Positions 1 to 12,249 of a stretch of 64,000 bases of DNA are shown here, piece by piece. The notes under the pieces were generated by a model. It did not search any database, was not told the origin of the DNA, and was given only the letters and a program-made list of their open reading frames with translations. Every line of letters begins with the position of its first letter. Position 1 is the stretch's first letter. The translations under genes and the position numbers were made by a program. Source of the stretch: Octopus sinensis (lineage: Eukaryota); contig NC_043001.1 of the NCBI RefSeq assembly GCF_006345805.1, positions 3,844,001 through 3,908,000 on the forward strand, in the 5' to 3' direction.

Positions 1-94
1 CCCTTAACATCGTCATATTATATTTAAAATACATAATTAAATACAACTCAACGTTTACCTGCACTTTACTTTCGTTTCTCGATAATAACTGATG

Positions 95-265
95 AAGATG
101 AATGGTGGTGACGATGATGATGACGATGATAATGTTCGTCGTCGATGCTGACATTGTCGTCATCCTCACCATCATCGCATTCATCGCTATCATCATCATC
201 ACTACTATCGCCATCGCTACCATCACCACCACGTCCATCACCTGTGACAAAATCATCATTATCCT

Positions 266-298
<33 letters not shown>

Positions 299-502
299 TA
301 TCACCGTAGTCGTCGTTCATTATAGGTAACATCAAATTCTTCTCTTGCTCTTTTTTTCTTCTTCTCCTTCTCCTTCTTCTTCTTCTTCTTCTTCTTCTTC
401 TTCTTCTTCTTCTTCTTGTTCTTCTTCTTCTTCTTCTTCTTCTTCTTCTCTTCTTCTTCTTCTTCTTCTTCTTCTTCTTCTTCTTCTTCTTCTTCTTCTC
501 TT

Positions 503-533
<31 letters not shown>

Positions 534-545
534 TTCGTCGTTGTC
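95..545. repeat. Compound trinucleotide microsatellite (GAT/CAT)n then (TTC)n
   Basis: Directly visible; explains the poly-I, poly-S, poly-E and poly-K ORFs at 102-666. Confidence 0.95.
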
Positions 546-1358
546 GTCGAAACGAGATACAGAATTTTTGTTGGAGTACATCCTTTCGAAAACTTCTGTC
601 TTTAAGACTGACGATCTCTGTTGCGTTTATGATTGATCGTATGCATGTATGTATATAAGTATACATCCTTGTAAGAATGTATGTACTTATGACTGCTTGA
701 ACGCAGTTTTTTCTCTGTGACTGAGTGTGTTTACTCGCGCATCTTCAGATACGTGCTTGTGCTTGCTTCTGTATGTCTAGGTTTAATATGCCATCCAACG
801 ATGTTCTCGAATGCCATTGAATGCGGGTTCAAAATGCTTTCTCGGGGGCAAACTTTCATACATTGATTCTCGCATTTCCATATACACCCTACATACACAC
901 ACAACCATACAGGATTGCCCCAAAGTAGGTTTACAGTTATCATGTACGCACTTAGAATTTATTTTAAAACATTTTATTATATATAAATTTCTATCTTACA
1001 AAGTGAAAAGGGAGCTTGATGAAATTAACTTGTGTATTTGTTTATTTATGAAAGCGGGAATTGATTCTAAAGGAGGGTCAACCAGATATTAAAACTAATG
1101 TATATTGTGAAATGTACCATAACCTACCATGGGCACGAGTTTCATTAACTTTCAGATAGCAGAACTCCCAAACGTTGGGGTGGTCTAATACTTTTACCAA
1201 AGGCTGTATATATATATTTATTTATGTATATTTTTAAATATATACATACACGAGTATACATAAAAATATATTAATGCTATATATGCATACCCTTCTATAG
1301 AGCGTGTCAAATAAATAAACAAATATAATAGTTATACATGCTTCTCTCTGTCTCTCTG

Positions 1359-1421
<63 letters not shown>

Positions 1422-1519
1422 GCCTGTCTATCTATGCATGTATGTCTGTGTGTTTGTGTTTGTTTGTGTGTGTGTGTGTTTGTGTGTGTGTGAGAGAGTG
1501 TGTGCCTGTGTGTAATAAC

Positions 1520-2760
1520 TCGGTGGCAACATTCAAGTTCATTAACATAAAGCATCTGTTTCCTGATGACTTGCCAGCTAGTGTATTGAACGATGGAGAA
1601 TTCTCATCACCCTTCACTGCAACTAATGGTGTGAAGCTGTGTTTTGTTCTAGTACTCACACTCTTCAGCTTAAGGTTGAGTGCTGTGCTGCACGATGTAT
1701 CATCCCATGGCTAGACACACGACATCCAGAGCAGGTACAACTATGATGGGTGTCTTTTGGACATCGGCCGCATGAAAGCAACAACTAAACCAGCACCGCC
1801 ATTACAAGGGAGTTCGTTTTTGACGACAATTGTGCTCTAAGTACAGATACAGAAGCAGATCTTTAAACACTTATTATACAGCTTTCCTTCAGCTTGTGAT
1901 AATAACTTCATTCTCACAATCAGTCTCAAAAAGCTGGAAATCTTGTAGCTGAGCAATCACGTAAACCCATATGTTGAACCATTTCTGATAGCCAGCAATC
2001 ACCTTTTCCAGGCCGTAGAGATATGCACTCGCCTTGGAAATACCCAGTCAGGGATTGTGCACGTCGATTATGAAGTGTAAGCAAGGATATTGAAAACTAG
2101 CTCTGCCTTTGGGCGTCTTCAGATTTTGGAAATTCTTTGAAAAAACAAAATTTGGCACATACAAAACTGTTTAATGACAGCACTACTGTATGTTTGTAAA
2201 ACCTGACCGGTTTATCAAAGACATGTCTTTGAACTCAGTTACTGCCTTTAAAATGGCTGCAAATAATTCTTTACATCAAGAAGCAGGATAAAATACCAAA
2301 ACCAATAGGGCACGTGAGGACATCTATGTAAATTCCAGCTGCAGTGAAGTGGACATGTATTGCGCATGCCCGACTTCAAATCCGCCAGAAAATCTCCTTG
2401 GTGAGCTCGCAATTGGCTCTCGATGACGTGGTGGCCAAAGAATAGACACAAGGACACGCTTAAGACAACCTAGAAAAATTGTAACTGAGAGCAATCTCTA
2501 TCGGAACATCTCGCACGAGACTGGTCACTGTGACGGAGCGTTGTTTTCTCTAGATGAGAGCACTTTGAATCTGAACTGACCAGAGAAGCTTAACAGAGAG
2601 AAAGTTGTCAGTAAATCAAGAGACCCAACACCTCATTCTGCTGTTACGTGTCTTCGATGGGGACAAACCAAATTCATAACAAAATTGGCCTAAGCCATCT
2701 CAAGACGCACAAAGTGTGGGCTGATATACTGGTCATCTTCAGAGACATGGAGGACAAACC
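1520..2760 (+). mobile_element. Degenerate 5'-truncated RTE (BovB-like) LINE, RT and C-terminal region
   Basis: Broken translations match RTE ORF motifs: NDGEFSSPFTATNGVKLCFVLVLTLFSL (cf. VTNGVKQGCVLAPTLF), FVFDDNCALSTDTEADL (LFADDCAL), QLQ*SGHVLRMPD (QLRWxGHVxRMPD), GGQR..HKDTLK. Many stops and frameshifts; a (CA)n tract follows. Confidence 0.85.
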
Positions 2761-2793
2761 TAATACGCAAAACAACACACTCTGTTTCACACA

Positions 2794-2839
<46 letters not shown>

Positions 2840-3039
2840 ATATAAAGCTTCGTTATTTACGGGATCAGAGAAAAGCATTTTAGTCAATGACAGATAAATA
2901 TCATTTAATACACGCAGGCGTTAAACGACAGCCACTCTTAGTTTCCTTTGTTATATGCCTCGGAGACTTGTCACTCACAAGCCTCCGGCATAAGAATCCT
3001 GTGTTTGTTTCTATAATTTATTAACGGAAATGAGAGGGC

Positions 3040-3590
3040 GGACATCATTTTTCCAGTTACATCATTTTCCCACTTTGTCTCCTTGCATTTCAATGCATTT
3101 ATTCCAGTGGTCAATAAATTTGGTTATTCCATCGAAGCTTTTCGGTTGGTCGCACAGTTATATATGCTCTGCTTCCTGCGCTTTATCGTCCGTGGTTAAG
3201 TCGATCATCACGTGTTAAGAAATGTTGAGGCGATAGTGGTTGGGGCGAGACTTGAACTGTATGCAAGATGTTCCAGCAACTCGAAACACAATTCTTCAAA
3301 AGTGGGGGTGGTAGTATGGATGCGTGTATTGTACAACAATAACGCTTGCTTTCACAATACGCCACGGCGATTGGTGCGAACCACTGGTTTGAAATAGCTG
3401 ATCAGCACCCAGCTGTATCTTATATTGGTCTCTGTAGACCCCTTCTTCTGGTAATGCTCCACAATATGCACTTTTGCGTCGCAAAATATCGATTAGCAGT
3501 AATTTTTTCTGCGGAAAGGTGAGTCATGTGTTTGCGATTTCGGGTGATTCCACCCCATACTCTGTATAGCTTCTATTTCTTGCAAAATGA
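3040..3590 (-). mobile_element. Mariner transposase relic (C-terminal half)
   Basis: Minus-strand pieces: FCDAKVHIVEHYQKKGST, FKPVVRTNRRGVL, ALLLYNTRIH (LLHDNARPH), EELCFELLEHLAYSSSLAP (HPPYSPDLAP), GITKFIDHWNKCIEMQGD (typical mariner C-terminus). TIRs not resolved. Confidence 0.75.
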
Positions 3591-4760
3591 ATGATTGCTT
3601 GCAGTCTCACTACCACTGCTGTATGTATTCCTGTTGTTGTTACATGTTGTCTACAAAAGATTTCGCCAAGAAGCAAAGATTATTTCATTTTCGTTGCAAG
3701 AATTCCACAGATAGTTTATCACACCAATATATATACATTTCACAGATAACATGGTAGATCTTAAAGACTGCATATATGTGGGCGTGTGCTTGCATGTGTG
3801 TGTGTGTGTGTGTGTCTGTGTGCATGTGTATGTGTGTATCTGTGTTTTTACACATAACTCTGTAAGGATTACGAACACGATGCTACTACGCTGTATCTTT
3901 TTTTTTTCTAATCCAATTTGCATGGATGTAAAACTGTTTAGGAAACAGAAATGACATTGCTATTAATAATATAAAATAGCGAAAAATAACATAAAGCAAC
4001 AACAACAATAACAATAATAATAATAAATATATAAATAAATAAATATATCTTACCTCAAAGAAGAAAGTAGACAAGATGTTTGTAAGTTGGCTGAGATGTG
4101 ACAGATGATCCGTAGAGGAAACAACATCGCTTAAAAATATAAGCTAGATTAAATAATAAAACAAAACCCATAATAAACAAATAAACGTAAATAAAAGCTT
4201 GTAAAGCATCTACTCATATATTGCAAGGCAACGACTGACATCCAACTGGGAAATATTCAATGACTTGTTTGTCAGTGTCTATGAAAATTGTTTTCCTCTA
4301 CTTAAGCGTCCTTCAATGTTATCGTTTTGTTAATACACGCTTCTCCTTCGATGCCCTGAATCGGGTGTTTTCAGCAACAATCTAGATGTCTTTTATAAAT
4401 CGTTAGAACAACACTTTCACACCTCGATGGATTTTCCTAATAAAATCCAAAACCTATTGGTGCTGCGTGGGTTGCCAAGACAAATATTGCGGAAAAGGTA
4501 GGCTGTTTTCTATTTCTTATTAATGCTTTATTGAAGGCAGCGAGTTGGTAGAAGCATTAGAACACCGGGAGCAAAGCGAAGTTGCATTTCGTCTTCTTTA
4601 AGCTCAAATTCCGCCGCGGGTGACTGTACCATCTTCATTCTTCTGGGTTCAAGAAAATAAGTGCATATGAAATAAGTAGCATGTGGACACTGCGGATGAT
4701 GTAATAGACTAATACCACCACAAATTGCTGGCCTTATCCCAGACTTTGAGAACATTATTA

Positions 4761-5217
4761 TGTATTTATTTAATTATTGCCCACAGGCGGCTAAACATAG
4801 AACGGACAATCAAGGGCAGACAAAGGGATTAAGTCAATTACATCGACCCCAGTGTGTAACTGGTACTTATTTAATCGACCCCGAAAGGATTTAAGTCAAA
4901 GTCGACCTTGGTGGAATTAGAACTCAGAACGTAACGACAGACAAAATACCACTATGTATTTCGGTCGGCGTGCTGACGATTCTGCCAGCTCGCCACCCTT
5001 GTTATTCTTTTCTGCTGTAGGCACAAAGCCCGAAATTTTGGAGGAGGAGGCCAATCAATTAGATCGACCCCAGTAAGCAACTGATACTTAATGTCTCAAA
5101 CCGGAATAATGAAAGGCAAAGTCGGCCTCGGCGGAATTTGAACTAAGAACGTAAGGACAGACGAAATAGAGCTAAGCATTCCGCCTGGCATGATAACGTT
5201 TCTGCCAGCTCACCGCC
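4761..5217 (-). mobile_element. Two tandem family-B tRNA-derived SINE units inside one 15-bp direct repeat
   Basis: Head ggcggcgagctggcagaa..., B-box-like gagttcaaattcc; the two units have different tails; TTGAGAACATTATTA at 4746-4760 and 5218-5232. Confidence 0.85.
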
Positions 5218-5243
5218 TTGAGAACATTATTATTGCTATCATT

Positions 5244-5440
5244 AAGGCAGCGAGCTACAAGAATCTTTCACACACTGTTTAACGGCATTTATCCTACATA
5301 ACGTTCTGGGTTCAAATTATGTCGGGGTCGACATTGCCTTTCGTCATTAGGAGACAATAAAGTACCAGTTGAATACGGGGTCGATGTAATCGACTAATCT
5401 ATACCGTAAAATTGTCGGCTTTGGGTAACAAATTGAAAAT
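5244..5440 (+). mobile_element. Family-B SINE, diverged
   Basis: ggcagcgagct...gggttcaaatt...gtcgacattgccttt...gtaccagtt...ggggtcgatgtaatcgac. Confidence 0.75.
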
Positions 5441-5775
5441 ATAATTATTATTATTGCTAAGACCGTGAGATAGTAGAATATTTAGCATGAGGGACAAAAC
5501 ACTGATAATGTTTAGCGGCATCTCAAGAGGTTGGTTATATGAGTCCAAATCAACTTTTATCTTTTCGGAGTCGATAAAACATTTGACAAATTAAACGCTA
5601 TCATCGGTAGCATAAAGCCTGGAATGTTGTTGTTGTTGTTGTTGCTCTCCTTTGCTGGTAAACTAGTTGGGTTTTGAATTGTATTCACAGCAGTTTGCAC
5701 CTTACTTCCGCAAACATTGCTGTTCCCTTGTTGTCTTCATCATCATCGTCGTCATTGTTGTTGCTACTGTCTTCT

Positions 5776-5821
5776 TACGACCGAGAGTCCGCTACCGTAA
5801 CCACTGGGCCTTTGCACCTCC
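5776..5821 (-). mobile_element. Family-C SINE head fragment
   Basis: Reverse complement ggaggtgcaaaggcccagtggttacggtagcggactctcggtcgta matches the heads at 28227 and 33882. Confidence 0.65.
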
Positions 5822-6670
5822 GCTTCTCGCTGCTGTTGTCCATTCTCCGTTCTCTGATGAAGCTTTTAGTGCTGTGAAGGCGTCTTGTTGTCTGCTCCTT
5901 CAAACAATTTTGTCGAGTGAATGATGCCACAATTTCGAAAGAGAGAAAAGAAAAACGAAAAGGAAAAGCAGCCGAAAGCAAAATAAATAGAACAGTTTTG
6001 CCCTTAAATTTTCAAGTTGATTCTTTCTTTGGCTTTTTCCGACCAATGTAGCTGGGGTAAAAGTGTTCAGAGAGTACATATGCATGCACACACAAACATA
6101 TATATAAATGTGTATATGCGTCTATGTATGTGCATATGTATATGTGTGTTTGTATGTATTAAGATCTCCGGTTACGTATTATTCTTCTGTCGAGTATGCA
6201 TTGTGAGCTGAACACATGCTAATAAACTAGACCCAGCTATGAAAGATACCCTCTGACGGATCACTAGTTGCAGAAATCACAGCTACGCTACAGGAAAAGA
6301 ATTGCACCACCACACTAGAATTGACACAGTTGTTATTAGACAGAAAAATGACCTCTTAAGCGAAGATGACATTGGCCAATAGTAATGATCACAACTTCTT
6401 CCATAACAAACAAACCAAGACTCAACGACTAAAGTCAATAATAAGGATCTCCAACCACGTCCATCTCGCAGCAAGATCTCAGAGGGGAACCACGCTCAAG
6501 CTTTGGATGGAAAAGCTGAGAACATTGATTAATTCGTATTTACTGATCAATCTTCACAGATACCAACTAATAAGTTAGTATTTAAGAATATAATATGTAT
6601 AAATTTTAAGCTTAATAGAAATATTAAAATTACTAAGTCTCTCTAAAGGAGATTACGGCAGCGTTACTGG

Positions 6671-6839
6671 ATATTAATAGTTATCACCAAACTAATATGG
6701 CAGTCCATAAATATAAGACTAAAGCAGGTTCGTGTGTCATATAGCTAGCTAGAGGCGATGGCCTCACGGAGCTAATCAGCGACAGCTTTAGTCTTATATT
6801 TATGGACTGCCATATTAGTTTGGCGATAACTATAAATAT
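6671..6839. repeat. Short inverted repeat (about 55-bp arms, 59-bp spacer), MITE-like
   Basis: 6671-6725 is the reverse complement of 6785-6839 with about 2 mismatches. Confidence 0.8.
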
Positions 6840-7582
6840 TAAACTATTTCTAGATAATTTCTTTTCCGCCCTCATTTATGGTAAAAGTTTGATATATACT
6901 CAAAAGTATTCAAAACAATTTATGCTTTTGTTATAATATTCTTCTTAATAATCTTTTGAATAAACTCGAAATTTTATCTATATACAATATGGCAATATTT
7001 TTAATAATATTTAACTATAGCACCCCATAATAAAAAGTTCCTGTGTCTCATTATCAATGATCTACTAGTGGTTTGCCCCTTTAATTGTCAGCTAATATCT
7101 TGATTTCAGATTTCCTTTACCAAATCTCATTATATTGCTTCAAATAAATCTTCATAAATTTTTATGACTATACCCACTATGATTTCTGTCGACTCCCTCA
7201 GCCCACTTCCTAACAAGCACTGTTCCTTGTTTTTTGTCCTTAGATATACAAAGATTTGATAAACTAGTCTATGAAGTAAAACTGACCCCATAAAACAGTG
7301 ACAAGTATAATCTGTAACAAGTCTTTCTTCCTGATACCTTAGTAGCTTATCTGAAGTGAAGACAGCATGTTCTTTGTCTATCTCCTTACCTTCTTGGAGA
7401 TTTTAGATAAAATTATACTAATGTGTCCATCTGTTTTAATTTAATTAAATGATGTCTTTATGTAGCTGAGGATTGCTCTGCGTTTAAATTAATGTAATGA
7501 TTGCATTGCTCAATTAAATGGAGTTGCTTAAAACGATCGTACTGCATTACCTCTGGATATCCTTCTTGCTTATGTTGTTACA

Positions 7583-7583
<1 letters not shown>

Positions 7584-7661
<78 letters not shown>

Positions 7662-7692
7662 TTATTTATTTATCTATCTATCTATCTATCTA

Positions 7693-7733
<41 letters not shown>

Positions 7734-7815
7734 TCATACATACATACATACATACATACATACATACATGCATACATACATACATACATACATACATACA
7801 TACATACATACATAC
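7584..7815. repeat. (TATC)n-(TA)n-(TACA)n microsatellite
   Basis: Directly visible. Confidence 0.95.
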
Positions 7816-9011
7816 AGAGATGTAAAAGGATGGAATTAAATAAAGATACGTAGTTAATCACTATTTAAGCTCATAGACATAGTCAAATTATTTGATTTTG
7901 AAGAATTGCTGCAAACTTTTCGATGTTCTGTTTTTCTCGAAATACCATTCTAAGAACGAGCTAACTTTTCTGAATTTTAATAAATAGAAATTTATATCTG
8001 GAGTCAAATGTCAAATGTCAACGCAACAGCAGTTATTTTTCATTCGTTATCCGTTATTTTTGTGATCAACAATATCAAAAAAAGAAAAGAACAAGAAAAG
8101 AAAATAACCAAAATAAATAAATAAATATTTCTTAGTATGTAAACAAGGAACGCTAATTACTTTGTTAATAAGAATATATATTAGTTATTTTTCTTAAATT
8201 TATTTTTAAATATGTAATGAAGTTGCTTATATACGCTATTAATTTCAAATATTGATTAGAGAAATGCGTCAGTTTTGTATTTGTTTTCAGATCTCTGTAG
8301 CGATGTTTACGTAGGTATGCAATTACAGGGCACATACGCTCTCATAAATATACACGTGTGTATATAGACACACACATACCTGTGAATATATATATATATA
8401 TATGCATATGTATTTATGCAAATATATATGTGTGTGAATGCATACACACACACGCGCGAATATAGTTGTGTAACAAAGAGGCGGTGGACTTGCCACGAAT
8501 ATAAATTCTAAAACTTCAACCAACTGCGTTGTTTTTCACCACGATATATGTGTTTCATATAAAGTTTCTGAAACTCAGCTTTATTACCTACAAAAGCACA
8601 TATACATAGAAACCTACATGGCTATATATCACTTTTAAGAAATAGCCCTAAACCTATCAGCCATCGTACAAACCTAGCCAAATTTGCAGCCAGTTACCTC
8701 TTAAATAATCGGAAGCTAGGGCAGAAAACTGTTACCAACAAAACCTTCCTGTCTGTGACTTATCCCACAAGAAATCATCCCGGTTTTACGACATCCAAAA
8801 ATCCCATCTGTCACTTTCCGGTGACCAATTGAAAGAGCCATAGTCTCCCTACCTCCTATTCTTATGAGTGCGAATATTGGTTGTCCAGATGTCACGTGTA
8901 CAAAACCGATTGGAAAAGTCGGCTTGGATGCGGAAAAGGGACCCTAATATGTATTATATACATACATTATGTATGTATGTTATGTAATATGTGCGTATGC
9001 ACCTGTGCATG

Positions 9012-9100
<89 letters not shown>

Positions 9101-9122
9101 TGAGTTTGCCATTAGTTTCATG

Positions 9123-9326
9123 TTACTCTTCTACTTGTTTCAGTCATTTGACTGTGGCCATGCTGGAGCACCGCATTTAGTCGAGCAAATCGATCCCAGG
9201 ACATATTCTTTGTAAGCTTAGTACTTATTTTATCGGTCGCTTTTGCCGAACCGCTAAGTTACGGGGATGTATACATACCGGCATCGGTTGTCAAGTGATG
9301 TTGGGGAGACAAACATAGACACAGAA

Positions 9327-9370
<44 letters not shown>

Positions 9371-9556
9371 ACACACACTGATACATATATACATATATAC
9401 GACGGGCTTCTTTCAGTTTCCGTCTACCAAATTCACATACAAGGCTTTGGTCGGCCCGAGGCTATATCAAAAGACACTTGCCCAAGGTTCCACGCAGTGG
9501 GAATGAACCAGGAACCATGTGTTTCATAAGCAAGCTACTTACCACACAGCCACTTT
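9123..9556 (-). mobile_element. Family-A tRNA-derived SINE (CORE-like central motif), full length
   Basis: Reverse complement matches the copy at 22300: gtggctgtgtggtaagtag, ccttgggcaagtgtct, internal (TA)/(TG) tract, tail cagtcaaatgactgaaacaagta. Confidence 0.9.
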
Positions 9557-9639
9557 CTCATCTTAACAGTTTTTACAAGCCAGTCCTAGGGAGGAAGCTG
9601 TTTGTCTCCATTTTGGTGTTTTCATCCAACACACTGGGG

Positions 9640-9756
9640 CAGTTAATCTCTCGACAGAAAAATGTAGGTTTTCCTGTATGTGTGGGACTCGAATCCACAC
9701 GTCTTTGTTTATACGGCCAATGGTACTACCGTTAAATCAACGCAACAACCTGCTTC
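9640..9756 (-). mobile_element. Family-E SINE, 5' part
   Basis: Reverse complement caggttg...aacggtag...gtgtggattcgagtccc...ggaaaacctac matches 15866-15960. Confidence 0.65.
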
Positions 9757-9785
9757 ATTCCGTCAAATTTAAGGACTATAATTAG

Positions 9786-10012
9786 TTTCCAGGTTGGTGC
9801 GTTAGTATTACGGTAGCTCACTTAGTTGCGTTAAGAAAAAGGTGTGGGTTCGAGTGCAATGCGTACAGGAAAACTTATTTTCTTCTGGCTTATATGATCC
9901 ATTATTAGACTATTTTCTTTTGTCTCTTTGCGGTGACCGCTCATAAGCTTTAAGCTTATAAAATGATAAAATACTATTATTATTATTTGCAGAATTGTAA
10001 AAATCGACTCTG
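9786..10012 (+). mobile_element. Family-E tRNA-derived SINE
   Basis: Aligns with 15866-16082 from ccaggttg through ggtgtgggttcgag to cagaattgtaaaaatcgac(t/g)ctgctt. Confidence 0.75.
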
Positions 10013-10374
10013 CTTAACAAAACTATCTCTTATGTGTATATATATATAGGAGAAAGTTAAGTTCAAAAAGAAAAATTCGAACTTTTGTGGGGATCCAAAA
10101 AGAGAGAAAAGGTGATTTCTAATAAGGATTCATCCTATTCATGAAAAACAGCGAAAAACAGGTAATAAGAATATGGAAATAATATTTGAGAAGATTCGTT
10201 ATAGGCATAAGAAGATATCAATAACTGGTATAGAAAATGGAAAGAAAATGTTGAAACTGAAATAGATTTATTGCATTGAATCCAGTTTTATAATAAACCT
10301 ATTTCTGTTTCAACATCTCTCCATTTTTTAATACTTGTTTATGGTATATTCTTATATCTATAACGAATCTGCCC

Positions 10375-10411
<37 letters not shown>

Positions 10412-11127
10412 TGGAGGGAGAGAGCGAGAGAAAGACAGGCGGACAGCGAGACAGACAGAGAGGAAATTGAATGAGAAAGTGAGCCGCCATTCGCGAACAA
10501 TTCTTATTTCTCTTGCTTATTGGTGTAGGCACGAAACGTAGTACGAATCACACATCATCTCATACACGACTTCCCCACACGGGGTGCAATAAAACAACGA
10601 GATGTTATGGATAAAGAGATAAAAAGCTGCACCATTGTAAGCTACGTAGACAGGGGCAAAGCTGAACGAAGTGCCTTGTTCAAAGACAAAACACGGCACC
10701 CTTTCAACAGTATGTCCATGAACCGCGTACTATAGCCAATAAGACACTGACTTTGCTTCACCACATTTTCGGTGTATATCATTAAAGAAGCCGTCACAAA
10801 TATGCATTGTCGAATGTAACTTTTCAAAATACAGATTCGATTAACTAACATGTCACATACATATTATGTAAGGTGGCATGTCAAGTTTACGTTATATTAT
10901 GTAATACGGCAAATATACAATATATACAATAACACGCCAAATATGCATGATATATAACACTTCAGATATGTTTTATATAATTTAACATGTCAAATATTTA
11001 TTGTATTACAGCTAACATATATACTTTAATAGAACGTGTCAAAAATATATTTTATAATACGTCAAATACAGATTGTATAGATACTACGGAAAATGTGTAT
11101 TATATAACATTTTAGATATTATATATA

Positions 11128-11162
<35 letters not shown>

Positions 11163-11243
11163 GCAACGCACACACACATATATGTATATGTATATACATA
11201 CATGTATGCATAAATATATACATATATATATATATGTGTGTGT

Positions 11244-11457
11244 GTGGTTCCTTGGACATGTGTCTTCTACTATAGCCTCGAGCCACCATCGTTTGACAAC
11301 TGATGTTGGAGCGTTTACGTCCCCGTGACATAGTGGTTCGGCAACATATAAAACAAATTACTGGGGTTACAAAGAATAAGTATTGGGGTCGATTCGTTCG
11401 ACTAAAGGTAGCCCTCCAGCATGGCCGCAGTGAAATGACTGAAACAAGTAAAAGAAC
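11244..11457 (+). mobile_element. Family-A SINE, internally deleted
   Basis: ccttggacatgtgtcttctactatagcctcg joined directly to the 3' half, ending gactgaaacaagtaaaaga. Confidence 0.8.
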
Positions 11458-11591
11458 ATATATATATATATATATAAAGAGAGAGAGAGAGTGTGAGAGA
11501 GAGAGAGAGAGATTACGAAAAAACAAAAGACGAAGACAGGTGGTGTATAAAACAAACAGATGTATTAGTAAAACGCTCAAGAATAGAAAAA

Positions 11592-11632
11592 GTCTTTTAC
11601 GTTTCGAGCCTACGCTCTTCTACAGAAAGGGA
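11592..11632 (-). ncRNA. Degenerate minimal hammerhead-like motif (core CTGTAGA instead of CTGANGA)
   Basis: Minus strand: ccttt CTGTAGA A GAGC gtag GCTC GAAAC GT A aaag. Stem II, GAAA, palindromic ACGT stem III and a 4-bp stem I are present; the A6 position reads T. Confidence 0.45.
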
Positions 11633-11713
11633 CACAGAAAAACAAGGAGAAAAAAATGTGTGTAGTGGCTAACGACTTATCATGACGTATATATGTGTGT
11701 GTGTATATTTATG

Positions 11714-11744
<31 letters not shown>

Positions 11745-12249
11745 TATATATAATATATGTATGTATGTGTGTATGTGTGTGAGTGTGTGTGTGTGTGTGT
11801 GTGTGCGTGTGCGTGTGTGTATCTATATATATGTGCGTGTGAGGTAAAGAAGGAGTAAGTTATTAGTTATTTCATGATTGGAAATGTTCATATTGAATAT
11901 AGTGTTTCGGGTTTATATAATTGTTATATTTCAGATAAATATTATTATTTTGTTGATCTCGTTTTCCATTCTAAAGATAATGCTGTTTTCTCTTCATTTG
12001 CAGTTTTATTTCGACTAACTTTACATGTGACAGCGTATTATCAATTTCCTTTCAGACATGCGCATTGTGAAATGCCTGTAGAGCAGGATTACGGTAAAGG
12101 AAGGAAATGTGTGTAGTGGCTAACGATCTATCATGGCGACACAGCCAGATAGTGTTATTTTGATATTTAATAAAACAACCTTAGAGAAAAACAAAGGTAT
12201 TTTGAGAACAATTGGTATATATGTTCTTCTCGACAATCTTTTTTATAAG

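Noticed and set aside
102-666. Long low-complexity ORFs (poly-I, S, E, K, L), and all YIYI / CVCV / YLSI / HTHT ORFs across the window
   Set aside because: They are translations of microsatellites, with no protein-like composition or splice structure.
6230-7490. Possible very old LINE coding relics on either side of the 6.7-kb hairpin
   Set aside because: Only vague RT-like words in stop-riddled frames; no diagnostic motif.
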